Assembly (NCBI GenBank): GCA_964499705.1
Contig: CAZCME010000002.1
Location: 248,001 to 312,000, forward strand
Direction: 5' to 3'
Length of the DNA: 64,000 nt
DNA from: an uncultured bacterium
Lineage (GTDB): Bacteria > UBA8481
Part shown: positions 1-9,822 of the stretch, piece by piece
Numbering within the stretch: position 1 is the first letter of the stretch
Layout: each line of letters begins with the position of its first letter
Notes under the pieces: model-generated
The model's database searches: none
Seen by the model: only the letters and a program-made list of their open reading frames with translations
What the model was told of the DNA's origin: nothing
Made by a program: the position numbers and the translations under genes

Positions 1-1
1 C

Positions 2-916
2 GAGATCCTCCCGAAAACCCTGGCGCGCCTCCGGCCGCACGCCACGACACTGCGGTATGCCCGCGTCTTCCGGACATTCAGCATCCTCATGAAGCCGGTC
101 ACTTCTTCCGTGCTCTGGTTCGCGAACTCCATTCTCCCCGCGACCAAGGCCAGCAGGGAGCAAGAATCGGAGCGAAAAAAGGCCGAGATCCGTTCGCTCA
201 TCCGGGAAGGCGAGAAGACCGGTGTCGTGGAGGACGATGAGAAGCAGATGATCGAATCGGCGTTCGAGCTCGGTGACAAGACCGTGAAGGAGGTCATGGT
301 GCCGCGCGTTTCCATGGCGGCCATTTCGCTGCGATCGACTCATGCCGAGATCATGGCTTATGTCGCTCACGAGAATTACACGCGCTATCCCGTCTTCGAC
401 GAATCTCCGGATGAGATCATCGGCATCCTGCATGTCGCGGATCTCCTCATCGAGAATAAATTCGAGCCGGAGCGGCTCGCGAAGCCCTTCTATGTTCCCG
501 AGTTCACGGCCGTAGACGAGGCGCTGGAGCAGCTCCGGAGCCAGGGCGGCCACATGGCGATCGTCGTGGACGAATACGGCGGAACGGCCGGGATCGTCAC
601 GATCGAGGATCTGCTTGAGGAGCTTGTCGGAGAAATCGAGGATGAGCATGACGATTCGCACGCGAAGGTCATGAAGCTCGCCGACGGCCGCTGGTCGATC
701 GACGCGCGCGCCGATCTCGATGAAGTCGCGGAACAGCTCTCCATCAGCTTCGAGGAGCTTTCGAGCGAGGCGGAGACGATCGGCGGGATGATCCTGGAAC
801 AGATGGGGAGAATCCCGAGAACGGGCGAGAAGATCGAGCTGATGTCGGCGCGGATCGAAGTGGCGTCCTCCGACGAGCGGCGCATCATGCGGGTGATCGT
901 GGAAAAAAAGGAGTGA
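2..916 (+). CDS. Hemolysin/CorC-HlyC (CNNM) family protein, 5' truncated by window edge
   Basis: Frame open from position 2 (EILPKTLAR). CBS pair (VKEVMVPR, YTRYPV, MAIVVDEYGGTAGIVTIEDLLEELVGEI) and C-terminal CorC_HlyC domain. Confidence 0.92.
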   Translation, partial: EILPKTLARLRPHATTLRYARVFRTFSILMKPVTSSVLWFANSILPATKASREQESERKKAEIRSLIREGEKTGVVEDDEKQMIESAFELGDKTVKEVMVPRVSMAAISLRSTHAEIMAYVAHENYTRYPVFDESPDEIIGILHVADLLIENKFEPERLAKPFYVPEFTAVDEALEQLRSQGGHMAIVVDEYGGTAGIVTIEDLLEELVGEIEDEHDDSHAKVMKLADGRWSIDARADLDEVAEQLSISFEELSSEAETIGGMILEQMGRIPRTGEKIELMSARIEVASSDERRIMRVIVEKKE

Positions 917-2268
917 CCGTTTCGTCCGCGTGGCGTGTAGCGGTATGGGCACTTCTTGTTTTCATGTATCTGGCTCTCTTTGTTCCTTCCAGAATCGAGA
1001 TCAGGGACGAGGAAATATTCCTGACGATGAGCACGCAGATTCTGGAGACGGGGATCCCGCGATATCCGGTCGGGGGGGAATGGATGATTCCCCGCTTCTC
1101 GCCCGTGTATCCGGCGGTCCTTGCGTCCTACGCGTCCGTCGCGAAGCCGATCGGGATATCGCTGTATGGGTACATGGGTGAAGCGACGGCGGATATGCTC
1201 AACTGGGGAATCGTATCCGCATTCAACCTGATCTTCGTGACCGGCATATTCGTTCTTCTTATGCTCCATGTGAAGCACGACGCCGCGCTCTGGTTCCTGG
1301 CGATCACGTCCTCGATGCTGCTCTTCTACGGCACGACACTTTTCATGGAGCCGTTCCAGGCCTTTCTTCTCCTCGCCGCCGTCGTCGCGTTCTCCGGCAA
1401 GCGCCTGTTTCTGTCGAGCCTGCTCTTGGCACTGCTGATTGGCGCCAAGCTTCCGAACATCGTCTTTGCGCCGATTTTTACACTGGTCCTGATGGTGAGG
1501 CGAAGAACCTGGAAGCCCGCTCTGGCATACCTGATCCTCGCCGGAGTTCTGCCCCTTATGATGCACATGGCCTATAACGCCGCGTTCCGTGGCGCTCCGT
1601 TTGATTTCGGCTATTCGCATGCGTATCCGGATGAAATGACGGGCCGCGCGGTGCAACAGGGCTTCCAGAATCCTTTCGGTCGAAGCCTGATCGGATACTT
1701 GATTTCGCCGGGAAAAAGTTTCTTCCTGTATAATCCGGCGCTTCTTCCGGGATTGGCCGGACTCGTGCTCGGGACGAAAAAAAAGGAATTACTCCCGACT
1801 CTCTGCCTTGCCATGTCGGCGGCCTCGGTTTTACTGTATGCAGGTTGGTCGTCATGGGAAGGCGGGGTCTGCTACGGCCCGCGCTTTCTCGTCGTCATGA
1901 TTCCGCTCGTGATGGTGGGATTCGCCTACATCGATCTTGCGCGTTTTCGAGTTTCCTTCGTCCTCCTTGTCCTGGCCGGCTGGACGATCAACATGATGGC
2001 CCGCGCCGGGGCCCTGTATCCGGCGTACGAAGCGACCGGCCGGTACGGAACCGGCGACTCGTTTCCGCTCACCTACGATTTCTTCGGCGTCATGCTGCGG
2101 GCCTATGCCATGGTGTGGAATGGGGACGCTCATACGGTGCTTCTGATTCCCCGGCTGCTCGGCGGCTCGGTGACGGCGTTCGGAGCGTGGACGTTTGCGG
2201 CCGCCGTAATCGTGGCAACGTGCGTGACGTTCTGGTGTATCAAGGCCAAGAACGCGAAGTTGAGCTAA
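913..2268 (+). CDS. Polytopic membrane protein, probable GT-C fold glycosyltransferase
   Basis: About 11 hydrophobic segments, DE motif after TM1 (RDEE), LISPGKSFFLYNP and WEGGVCYGPRFL motifs. GTGA overlap with upstream stop. Confidence 0.6.
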   Translation: MTVSSAWRVAVWALLVFMYLALFVPSRIEIRDEEIFLTMSTQILETGIPRYPVGGEWMIPRFSPVYPAVLASYASVAKPIGISLYGYMGEATADMLNWGIVSAFNLIFVTGIFVLLMLHVKHDAALWFLAITSSMLLFYGTTLFMEPFQAFLLLAAVVAFSGKRLFLSSLLLALLIGAKLPNIVFAPIFTLVLMVRRRTWKPALAYLILAGVLPLMMHMAYNAAFRGAPFDFGYSHAYPDEMTGRAVQQGFQNPFGRSLIGYLISPGKSFFLYNPALLPGLAGLVLGTKKKELLPTLCLAMSAASVLLYAGWSSWEGGVCYGPRFLVVMIPLVMVGFAYIDLARFRVSFVLLVLAGWTINMMARAGALYPAYEATGRYGTGDSFPLTYDFFGVMLRAYAMVWNGDAHTVLLIPRLLGGSVTAFGAWTFAAAVIVATCVTFWCIKAKNAKLS

Positions 2269-2885
2269 TAGTCGATCTGAAAAAGCTCGATGATCCGCCC
2301 GCCGATTTCCGTGGCGCGGTCGTACTGGGATCTGAAGCGGTTTCCCAGGGCCTCGTGAACGACGCGCGTCACGAGGATCTCGTCCTTGCCCGCGAGATCT
2401 TCGCCGATCTTCGCGGCGATATTGACGGGATCGCCGTAGACATTGTCGGCCAGCCTGATCACGTCGCCTGTGTTGATGCCGATGCAGATGTTGAACCGGT
2501 CCTTGGGCGCGAGCGAGCGATTGTGCCGCTTCAGGTGCCGATTCATCGCGATCGCAGCCTTCACCGCCGCATCGGGCTTTTCGAATATCCCGAGGATGTT
2601 GTCGGCGTTGTGGGAGATGCAGATTCCTTCCGAGGCTTCGAGGATCGGGATGAGTCGGTCGTACGCGCGGGTCATCGTCGCGAGAAAATGAAGAATGCCG
2701 AACTGGTGCGTCTTCTTCGTGAATCCGGAGGAATCCGCCATGAGAACGGTCAGCTTCCGGCCGCTTCCGGCGAGGAGCGCTTTATCGAGGCGGCGCGCCG
2801 TGCGGCTTGTGCGATGGCGAAGAATGTCGAAAAACTCCTCGGAGGTGAGAGGCGCGCCGGCCGATTTTTCAATGCGCTTCTTCAT
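2265..2885 (-). CDS. Small class III nucleotidyl (adenylate/guanylate) cyclase domain protein
   Basis: VLMADSSGFT, ADNILGIF, ICIGINTG, YGDPVNIAAKI. ATG 2885 overlaps the upstream stop (ATGA). Confidence 0.85.
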   Translation of the reverse strand: MKKRIEKSAGAPLTSEEFFDILRHRTSRTARRLDKALLAGSGRKLTVLMADSSGFTKKTHQFGILHFLATMTRAYDRLIPILEASEGICISHNADNILGIFEKPDAAVKAAIAMNRHLKRHNRSLAPKDRFNICIGINTGDVIRLADNVYGDPVNIAAKIGEDLAGKDEILVTRVVHEALGNRFRSQYDRATEIGGRIIELFQIDY

Positions 2886-3760
2886 GCGGTCCGATACCAG
2901 GTGTCGAAGCCGAAGCCGGCCAGGAGAATCAGCCCGATCGCGGCGTTCACGTGAAAGAAGGCCGCCGGGATCCTCGTTTTGTCCCGCGCGAGTTGATGTT
3001 CCGCGATCAGGCAGAGGGCGGTCACGATGGTGGCCGATGTCCATCCCCGGCCCGCCGACGTGTGCAGGCCGAACAACCAGAGAAGAACCACGGCGCCCGC
3101 GTGAAAGGCACGGGAAAGATTCATGGCCGCCCGCTCGCCGAGACGGGCGGGAATGGAATGAAGCCCGGCGCGCTTGTCGAATTCCAGGTCCATCATGGAA
3201 TAGAGAATATCAAAGCCGGCAACCCAGAGGAGCACGGATGCGGCGAGGAAAAAGAGAGGTGGCGCGAAGCCGCCGGAAACCGCGATCCAGCCTCCCGCCG
3301 GCGCCATCGCCAGCGAGAGGCCGAGCACGAGATGCGAAGCGGCCGTCCAGCGTTTTGTCGTGGAGTAGCCGAGGATGACCGCGAGAGCGACCGGGGAGAG
3401 AAGGCCCGCGAGGAGGTTGATGGCGGACGCGGAGGTGATGAAGAGAGCCGCGCATCCGATGCTCGCGGCTAGCGCGGTCCGCCGGTCCAGGAGACCCGCG
3501 GGTATGGCCCTGTTCTTCGTGCGAGGATTCCGGGCGTCGAGGGGAGCGTCATGCCAGCGGTTGAAACCCATAGCGGCGGTTCGAGCGGTCACCATGGCGG
3601 CGAGGATCAGGAGCCCGAGGCGGGGCGTGATTTCGCCCGGGCCGGCCCGCTGCGCGGCGAGCGCCCCGATGAAGGCGAACGGCAGAGCGAACAGCGTATG
3701 TTCCAGCTTGATGTCGCGCGTAAACGCGAAGAGTTGCGCCAGGGGGATGCGCATGATCAT
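2882..3760 (-). CDS. mqnP: UbiA-family prenyltransferase (futalosine pathway MqnP-like)
   Basis: IKLEHTLFALPFA, ARTAAMGFNRWHDAPLDARNPRT, WVAGFDILYS. ATG 3760 coupled to ubiD stop. Confidence 0.85.
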   Translation of the reverse strand: MIMRIPLAQLFAFTRDIKLEHTLFALPFAFIGALAAQRAGPGEITPRLGLLILAAMVTARTAAMGFNRWHDAPLDARNPRTKNRAIPAGLLDRRTALAASIGCAALFITSASAINLLAGLLSPVALAVILGYSTTKRWTAASHLVLGLSLAMAPAGGWIAVSGGFAPPLFFLAASVLLWVAGFDILYSMMDLEFDKRAGLHSIPARLGERAAMNLSRAFHAGAVVLLWLFGLHTSAGRGWTSATIVTALCLIAEHQLARDKTRIPAAFFHVNAAIGLILLAGFGFDTWYRTA

Positions 3761-5274
3761 TCCTTGATCAGTTCCGCCCATCGCGCCTTCACGCTTTCCA
3801 CCACATGGGGATCCATCACCTGCCGCTCGGGCCAGGGTCTCGTGAATCCCTCGCTCGCGAGCTTCTTCGTCGCGTCGATGCCGACCTTGGATCCGTAATG
3901 CAGGAGGCGCGAGGCGTGATCGAGCGTTTCGGAGGGGCCGAAGGAGAATTCGAAGTCGCGCTCCGGATCGATGTTGGCGAGCGCCACGAAGGCCGCTTCG
4001 GAAAGATTGTGAACGTCCACGTCCTCGTCGAAGAGGACTATGGTCTTCGTGAAGATCATCTGCCCCAGTCCCCAGACGGCATGCATCACCTTGCGGGCGT
4101 GTCCCGGATAGCGCTTCCGTATGGAGATGAGCGCCATGTTGTGAAAGACGCCGGCGAAGGGAAGATGATAATCGACGATCTCCGGAATCACCTTTCTCAA
4201 GAGCGGCAGGAAGATGCGCTCGATCGCGTGAGCCATCCAGCAATCCTCCATCGGCGGCGGCCCCACGATCGTCGTGGCGTAGATCGGATTCCTGCGGTGC
4301 GTGATCGCGGTGAGCCGGAAGACGGGATAATCGTCGGGCAGCGAATAGAATCCCGTGTGGTCCCCGTACGGACCTTCGCGGCGCAGCTCGGCGGGATCCA
4401 CCCATCCTTCGAGCACGATTTCGGCCGTGGCGGGCACTTCCAGAGGTACGGTCCGGCACGCGACCATCTCCACGTGACTGTGCCGAAGGAATCCCGCGAA
4501 GAGCATCTCGTCGATGCCGGGCGGAAGCGGACAGACGGCGGAGAACGTGACGGCGGGATCGGTGCCGATCGCGACGGCGACCGGCATCTTTTCTCCTCGC
4601 TTGGTCCTGTCTGCATGCTCGGCTCCGGTATGATGCTTGTGCCAGTGCATCCCCGTCGACGTCTCGTCATAGACCTGCATGCGGTACATGCCCACGTTTC
4701 TCTTTCCGGACTGGGGATCGCGCGTGAAGACGCAGCCGAGGCTGATGAAGGGGCCGGCATCCAGCGGCCACGCCGTGATGACCGGGATCTCCGACAGGCG
4801 CGCTTCCTCGCCGGTCTTGACGATCTCCTGGCATCGGCCGCCACGGACCATGACGGGCGCCATCTTCAGGAGGCGGGAAAGCTCGGGCAGCTTCTTGATG
4901 CCTTCGATGAAACCCTGCGGAGGTTCCATCTCCAGGAGCTTGGCGATCTCCCGGGGGATCTGCTCGATGTCCTCCACGCCCAGAGAGAGCGCCATCCGCT
5001 TCTTGGAACCGAACTGGTTGATGAGCACCGGCATGTCATGTTTCTTCGCGCCGTCCACGACATTCTCGAACAGGAGCGCCTTTCCTCCGGGCGCGCCCGG
5101 GCCGGAAAGACCGGTCGTGGGAGGTCCGTGCTCCGGGGAGTCTCCGCCGGACTTGGAGACCAGATCGGTGATGGTGGAGAGCTCGAGCTTTACATCGACG
5201 GGCGCCGTGATGCGATGCAGCTCGCCGGCCCTGTCGAGCGCTTCGATCCAGTCGCGGAGATCGCGGTAGGGCAT
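3757..5274 (-). CDS. ubiD: UbiD-family decarboxylase (menaquinone biosynthesis, MqnL-like)
   Basis: YRDLRDWIEAL, RNVGMYRMQ, EGPYGDHTGFY, GPPPMED, GSKVGIDAT. Start taken at MPYRD. Confidence 0.93.
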   Translation of the reverse strand: MPYRDLRDWIEALDRAGELHRITAPVDVKLELSTITDLVSKSGGDSPEHGPPTTGLSGPGAPGGKALLFENVVDGAKKHDMPVLINQFGSKKRMALSLGVEDIEQIPREIAKLLEMEPPQGFIEGIKKLPELSRLLKMAPVMVRGGRCQEIVKTGEEARLSEIPVITAWPLDAGPFISLGCVFTRDPQSGKRNVGMYRMQVYDETSTGMHWHKHHTGAEHADRTKRGEKMPVAVAIGTDPAVTFSAVCPLPPGIDEMLFAGFLRHSHVEMVACRTVPLEVPATAEIVLEGWVDPAELRREGPYGDHTGFYSLPDDYPVFRLTAITHRRNPIYATTIVGPPPMEDCWMAHAIERIFLPLLRKVIPEIVDYHLPFAGVFHNMALISIRKRYPGHARKVMHAVWGLGQMIFTKTIVLFDEDVDVHNLSEAAFVALANIDPERDFEFSFGPSETLDHASRLLHYGSKVGIDATKKLASEGFTRPWPERQVMDPHVVESVKARWAELIKE

Positions 5275-5275
5275 C

Positions 5276-5911
5276 TTACGATTTACGTGGGGCGCTTGAG
5301 GAGGAACGATCGAGCCGCCGGGAAGCGCGGACATATTTCGCGGGACGCGGATGCTCGATGCCCAGGTGCGCCAGCACGCGGTCGACCATGAAATCGACCA
5401 GATCGTCGATCGACTCCGGGTGGTGATAGAAGCCGGGCGACGCGGGCATGATCGTGGCGCCCGCTTCGGCCAGGGTCGTCAAGGCGCGGAGATGAACGAG
5501 ATTCAACGGCGATTCGCGGACAACGAGGATCAAGCGCCGGTTTTCCTTCAGCGTCACGTCGGCGGCGCGGACCAGGAGATTGTCGGACGTGCCCGCGGCG
5601 ATCCTGCCGCATGTTCCGGTCGTCGCGGGAATGACGACCATGCCCGCCGTCCTGTACCCGCCCGTCGCGATATCGGCTCCGAGATCGTTGATGGGATGGA
5701 GCTTCGTGGTCTTCGTGGCGAGTCGATCGGGTGTCAGTCCGGCTTCTTCATACAGCAGGCGCACGCCGAGAGGGGAGACGACGAGATCGACGCGCCGCTT
5801 GATCCGCTCCAGTTCCTTGAGAAGTGAAAGAGCGTATGCGACTCCGGAGGCACCCGTGATTCCGACGACAATCGGAGCATTTCCTGCGCGCTCTCCTCGT
5901 CCGGCTTTCAT
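5276..5911 (-). CDS. ubiX: Flavin prenyltransferase UbiX
   Basis: IVVGITGASG, SDNLLVRAADVTLKENRRLILVVRESP, PASPGFYHHP. Confidence 0.95.
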   Translation of the reverse strand: MKAGRGERAGNAPIVVGITGASGVAYALSLLKELERIKRRVDLVVSPLGVRLLYEEAGLTPDRLATKTTKLHPINDLGADIATGGYRTAGMVVIPATTGTCGRIAAGTSDNLLVRAADVTLKENRRLILVVRESPLNLVHLRALTTLAEAGATIMPASPGFYHHPESIDDLVDFMVDRVLAHLGIEHPRPAKYVRASRRLDRSSSSAPRKS

Positions 5912-5921
5912 TTTATCCGCG

Positions 5922-7013
5922 TCATCTTTCCAGCGGTTGCCTGCCCACCGACCGTATGCGCTCCTCGATCTGCGCGCGCGTCAGCGTGTTTTCGCCCGTC
6001 TGGTAGATCGTCTCCTCCGTCACCGTCCCGTCGATGTCGTTGGCTCCGTGCAGCAGCGCCTTCGTTGCGGCATCGATCCCGGCCGCGGGCCAGTAGGCCT
6101 TGATCGTGCCGAAGTTGTCGAGCGCGATGCGGGAGAGGGCGATCATGCGGAGATAATCCTCCGTGGATGGCGCCGGTATATACTCCATCTTCGTCCCGAC
6201 ATACGGCACGAAGGGGAGCGGAATGAAGGCGCCGAAACCGGACGATCCGGAGTCCTGTCGCCGCGTCTCGTCCTGCAGATCGCGGATCGCGAGGATGTGA
6301 TCGATCCGTTCTTCCATGGTCTCGAAGTGGCCGAAAAGAATGGTCGCGTTCGAGGCGAGCCCGACGGCATGCGCGGCGCGGTGGATCTCGATCCACTCGT
6401 CGCCGTTGATCTTCGTCGTGCAGATGAGCTTGCGGACGCGCGGAGCGAAAATCTCGGCGCCGCCTCCCGTGATCGCGTTCGCCCCCGCGTCCTTGAACGC
6501 GCTCAGAACCTCGCGATACGTCATGCGGCTCCGGCGGGCCAGGTCCCCGATCTCGACGGCCGAGAGCGCCTTGATCGTGACCTTCGGATGAGCTTTCCTG
6601 AGGGCCGCGATGAGCGCCGTGTAGTAGTCGAGGCCGAGCGCGAGATCGACGCCTCCGACGAGGTGATACTCCGTGATTCCGCGGTCGCCATCCTGCGCGG
6701 TGCGCTTCAGGATGTCTTCGACGGAGTGGCGGAATGCGCCGTCCTCGTTCAAGGTGTGGCGCGCGAAGCTGCAGAACGTGCAGACGAATCGGCAGATGTT
6801 CGTGGGTTCGATATGCCGGTTGACGTTATACCGGACGATGTTGCCGGCGAGAGCGGCCCGGATACCGTCCGCGCGCCGGCGAATCATGGGGAGGTCGGCG
6901 ACCGCAAGTTCGAGAAGCTCGCTCCGGCCTACTCTTTCCAGAACGTCAGGAAGATCGTGATCGTGCCCAGCACGAGGAGAATGACCCGTTCGATCCAGAG
7001 CAGGAATATCCAT
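5922..7013 (-). CDS. mqnE: CofH/MqnE-family radical SAM enzyme, probable aminofutalosine synthase (start uncertain)
   Basis: NVNRHIEPTNICRFVCTFCSF (CxxxCxxC), GGGAEIF, SNATILFGH, FIPLPF, IKAYW; menaquinone gene context. Confidence 0.8.
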   Translation of the reverse strand: MDIPALDRTGHSPRAGHDHDLPDVLERVGRSELLELAVADLPMIRRRADGIRAALAGNIVRYNVNRHIEPTNICRFVCTFCSFARHTLNEDGAFRHSVEDILKRTAQDGDRGITEYHLVGGVDLALGLDYYTALIAALRKAHPKVTIKALSAVEIGDLARRSRMTYREVLSAFKDAGANAITGGGAEIFAPRVRKLICTTKINGDEWIEIHRAAHAVGLASNATILFGHFETMEERIDHILAIRDLQDETRRQDSGSSGFGAFIPLPFVPYVGTKMEYIPAPSTEDYLRMIALSRIALDNFGTIKAYWPAAGIDAATKALLHGANDIDGTVTEETIYQTGENTLTRAQIEERIRSVGRQPLER

Positions 7014-7141
7014 CTTTTCTGCCGCTTTTTGCGTAGGACGATCCTCCAGTAGGTGCGATTGTAATAAAGTTCGGTGGCGATGTATACGGCGAGGATGATG
7101 TAGAAGGCGGCCGCGATGACGGGTTGAAGCCGCGCGATCAT
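6929..7141 (-). CDS. Small two-TM hypothetical protein (70 aa)
   Basis: Two hydrophobic helices with a basic loop (RKKRQKR). ATGA coupling to the gspM-like stop. Confidence 0.6.
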   Translation of the reverse strand: MIARLQPVIAAAFYIILAVYIATELYYNRTYWRIVLRKKRQKRWIFLLWIERVILLVLGTITIFLTFWKE

Positions 7142-7626
7142 CGCGCGGGCTCCAGCGTGGCCACGATGATCTCCGCGTCCAGCCGCGCCGCGTTGCTCAC
7201 GGATTTGCGGATGGTGAGCTCGCGGATGACGAGCCCGTTGCGGGATGTCTCCAGGGCGTTCATGAAACGCCGCAAGGGTCCCAGCGGCGCCGCATTGACG
7301 CGGATCGCGTTCAGGTTGTCGATGCAGGATCCGATCTTCTCCGTGCCCACGCTCTGCACGGACGCGACGGTCAGTTGCTCCGCTTCCGCCAGCCGCTCCG
7401 CCGTTCTCACCACGGCTTCGCCCCCTCCGAACGTCTTCTCCATTTCCACATTCTGGTCCCGAATCCGGATGAAGTCCATGGATGCCGCATCGATGTCGCG
7501 CGTTTCCTTCTCCTTGTTCGCCGCCTTCTTCTCCATCGCCGAAACCGCCTCGTGTCCCGACCAGAGGACGGCGAGCACGCAGAGAATGCCGAGCAAGGAA
7601 TAGACCTGGGCGCGCGTGAAGTTCAT
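7138..7626 (-). CDS. gspM: Type II secretion GspM-like inner-membrane platform protein
   Basis: Position after gspL; N-terminal TM, coiled coil, C-terminal FMNALE..GLVIRELTI...LDAEI. Confidence 0.55.
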   Translation of the reverse strand: MNFTRAQVYSLLGILCVLAVLWSGHEAVSAMEKKAANKEKETRDIDAASMDFIRIRDQNVEMEKTFGGGEAVVRTAERLAEAEQLTVASVQSVGTEKIGSCIDNLNAIRVNAAPLGPLRRFMNALETSRNGLVIRELTIRKSVSNAARLDAEIIVATLEPAR

Positions 7627-8852
7627 CGCTTGTCCGCCGCGCCTTCGCCCTTCAGGGTGAATTCCAGGCCGAGCCCGGCGCCTGTGCGCCTGATTTCGGG
7701 TTCGTCGACGCGCATGATGTCGCCGCTCGGGAGCGTCGTCATGGCCTGGGCGAGCGACTGGACGAGCGTGATGTCCGTGGCGGAACCCGTGATGGTGAAG
7801 CCCTTCTGCGTGATCCGCAGGTCGTTGATGACGGCCATGCCGGTCGGAGCCGAGCGTTCGACGGCGGTGAGAATATCGAGCGCCGAGCCTTTCTTCGCGA
7901 TGCGGTCGCGCATCGCCTCCTGCAATGCCCGGGATTCGACAAGTCGCGAGCGGAGCTGTTCCTTCGGGGACGTCATCCGCACGCCCGGAAGCGCGACCGC
8001 GAAACTTTCCTCGATGAGTGCGTCGGCGGCGACGATGCGTTTGCGCGCGGCTTCATACCGCACGGCGAGGGAGGAGGAGATGACGAGTGCCGCGGCGGCG
8101 GCAAGGCCGAGAGGCCAGCCCTGCAGGATTTTTCGTCCGCGCGGAACCGGCATCGCTCCGATCTGCCACGTTCCCGAATCCCGGGCCACGGCCGCGGCGG
8201 AATACTCGCGGGCGGGATCCGATGGATTCCACGCGAGGGGCGTTGACGATCCGGAGGATCGCTCGATCTCGGCGGCCGCTTCGCGGCCTTCCCTCGCCGA
8301 CTGGATGGCTTTCCAGCGTCCCTTCTCCGCCAGCCCCGCCCAACCATGTCCCGTGATCGCTTCCATGCCCGCGGGTTGCAGCGCGGCGAGAGTCGGACCG
8401 ATCCACGTGAGAGGAATTGACGGAGACGTTCCTGCGGTAGTAGGGGTCGAGATCGACTCAGCATCCGAAACACGCGTCACTCGCTCTGCCCACGCTGTGA
8501 TTTCAGCGAGCGTTTTGCGGGAAATCGCGGCAACCGCGATGGTGCGGCCCCGACCTTTTTTCGATAATTCGAAAGCCGATACCGCCAGTTCCGCCAGGGG
8601 AAGCGGCAGCATCGGCTCCGCCGTGAATTTCGCGGCCTCCAGGAGCTCGGCGCCGCTTCCGCCTTCCAGGGTCACGACGCGGAAAAGGACCTGGGCGCCG
8701 ACGAGCACGCGCATTTCGTCCGCTTCGTCCAGCAGCGATGAGGGTAGCCCATCGCCGACATTCTCGATCGTCGCGATCGGCTTCAGCTTGCGAAATCCTT
8801 TTTCCATCAGCGCGGCCGTTTGCTCCGGCCAGCGAAGCACGAGGACGTTCAC
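7623..8852 (-). CDS. gspL: Type II secretion GspL-like protein (PilM/PilN-like)
   Basis: Position after gspK; divergent cytoplasmic domain (FTAEPMLPLPLAEL), single TM, PilN-like C-terminus (INDLRITQKGFTITGSA). Confidence 0.6.
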   Translation of the reverse strand: MNVLVLRWPEQTAALMEKGFRKLKPIATIENVGDGLPSSLLDEADEMRVLVGAQVLFRVVTLEGGSGAELLEAAKFTAEPMLPLPLAELAVSAFELSKKGRGRTIAVAAISRKTLAEITAWAERVTRVSDAESISTPTTAGTSPSIPLTWIGPTLAALQPAGMEAITGHGWAGLAEKGRWKAIQSAREGREAAAEIERSSGSSTPLAWNPSDPAREYSAAAVARDSGTWQIGAMPVPRGRKILQGWPLGLAAAAALVISSSLAVRYEAARKRIVAADALIEESFAVALPGVRMTSPKEQLRSRLVESRALQEAMRDRIAKKGSALDILTAVERSAPTGMAVINDLRITQKGFTITGSATDITLVQSLAQAMTTLPSGDIMRVDEPEIRRTGAGLGLEFTLKGEGAADKR

Positions 8853-8889
8853 AGGCTGTACGAAGGAAAAATCATGGAAGCCGGGCGGA

Positions 8890-9822
8890 TCATTCTATTC
8901 TCCGGTATTTAACGGCAAACCGGTCGGATTGTCTCTCCACAATTGTCGTCAGGAGAATATCCGCGCTTCCGGAGACCCCGCGCGAGACGATCCGGAATGT
9001 GCTCGACGCGACGCCGGTCTGCCCGGAAAGCTCATCGAGCCCCGCCGCATCCAGCGTTGCCACGTCGCCGACGTCCTTGACCGCGGTGTATCGCGAGAAC
9101 TTCGCGCGGGTGACGATCCGGTCGGCCTGGTCGAGCGATAATTTGCCGCAGGCCGCGACGAGGACATGCGGTGTGGCGGTGTTGAGATTGATGGCGCCCG
9201 AGCTGTAAAGAGTGAGATGCTCGGCCAGCCTGGCCGCCATGGCGGAATCGATCCCGTCGATGAGAGCGAGTTCATCGAGGGAATGGAGCGGCCTGTTGGC
9301 GGGTCGCCGCGCGGGACTCATCCGAAGATAGGCATCCGCTTCGGCGCCCTGCGGAAAGGGATCGTCATCCGCGTCGATGTAATCGATCATCTTGTCCGAG
9401 AGCGACGCCGGCATGTCGAGAGAAAGCAGCAGGCGCTCCAGGCGTCCGCGCGCGCCGATATTCAGAAGACCGGAGGCGTCGATGAGAGACTGGAGCGGAA
9501 AGCGGGAGGACTCATCCGCAATCGTGACGGAAGCGCTTCCCTCGTCGCGCGCGAACTCCACGGGCTTCGCCCAGAGATCTTCGAGCGAATCGATCTCCTT
9601 GTCGTCCACCGCGAGGATTTCCAGAGCCAGGTCGTATCCCGCTCGCGCCATCAGCTCCGCCTGGATCCGATCGTGTTCCAGCTTGATCCTGTCGCCCTCG
9701 ATGCGCGTCAGGTAGGCGACCTCCATCGCGATGGCGGCGGACAGGGCGGCCAGCGCCATGACCGCCACAAGGACGGCGCCGCGCCGCGGGCTCGCCAGGC
9801 GTTGCGCAGGGACCAGGTTCAT
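8890..9822 (-). CDS. gspK: Type II secretion minor pseudopilin GspK
   Basis: RRGAVLVAVM prepilin-like N-terminus, DSLEDLWA, IADESSRFPL, DYIDADD, ELALIDGI, INLNTA. Confidence 0.9.
   Translation of the reverse strand: MNLVPAQRLASPRRGAVLVAVMALAALSAAIAMEVAYLTRIEGDRIKLEHDRIQAELMARAGYDLALEILAVDDKEIDSLEDLWAKPVEFARDEGSASVTIADESSRFPLQSLIDASGLLNIGARGRLERLLLSLDMPASLSDKMIDYIDADDDPFPQGAEADAYLRMSPARRPANRPLHSLDELALIDGIDSAMAARLAEHLTLYSSGAINLNTATPHVLVAACGKLSLDQADRIVTRAKFSRYTAVKDVGDVATLDAAGLDELSGQTGVASSTFRIVSRGVSGSADILLTTIVERQSDRFAVKYRRIE

Noticed and set aside
1777-1784. A8 homopolymer as a phase-variation tract
   Set aside because: Short, in frame, and encodes a Lys-rich loop.
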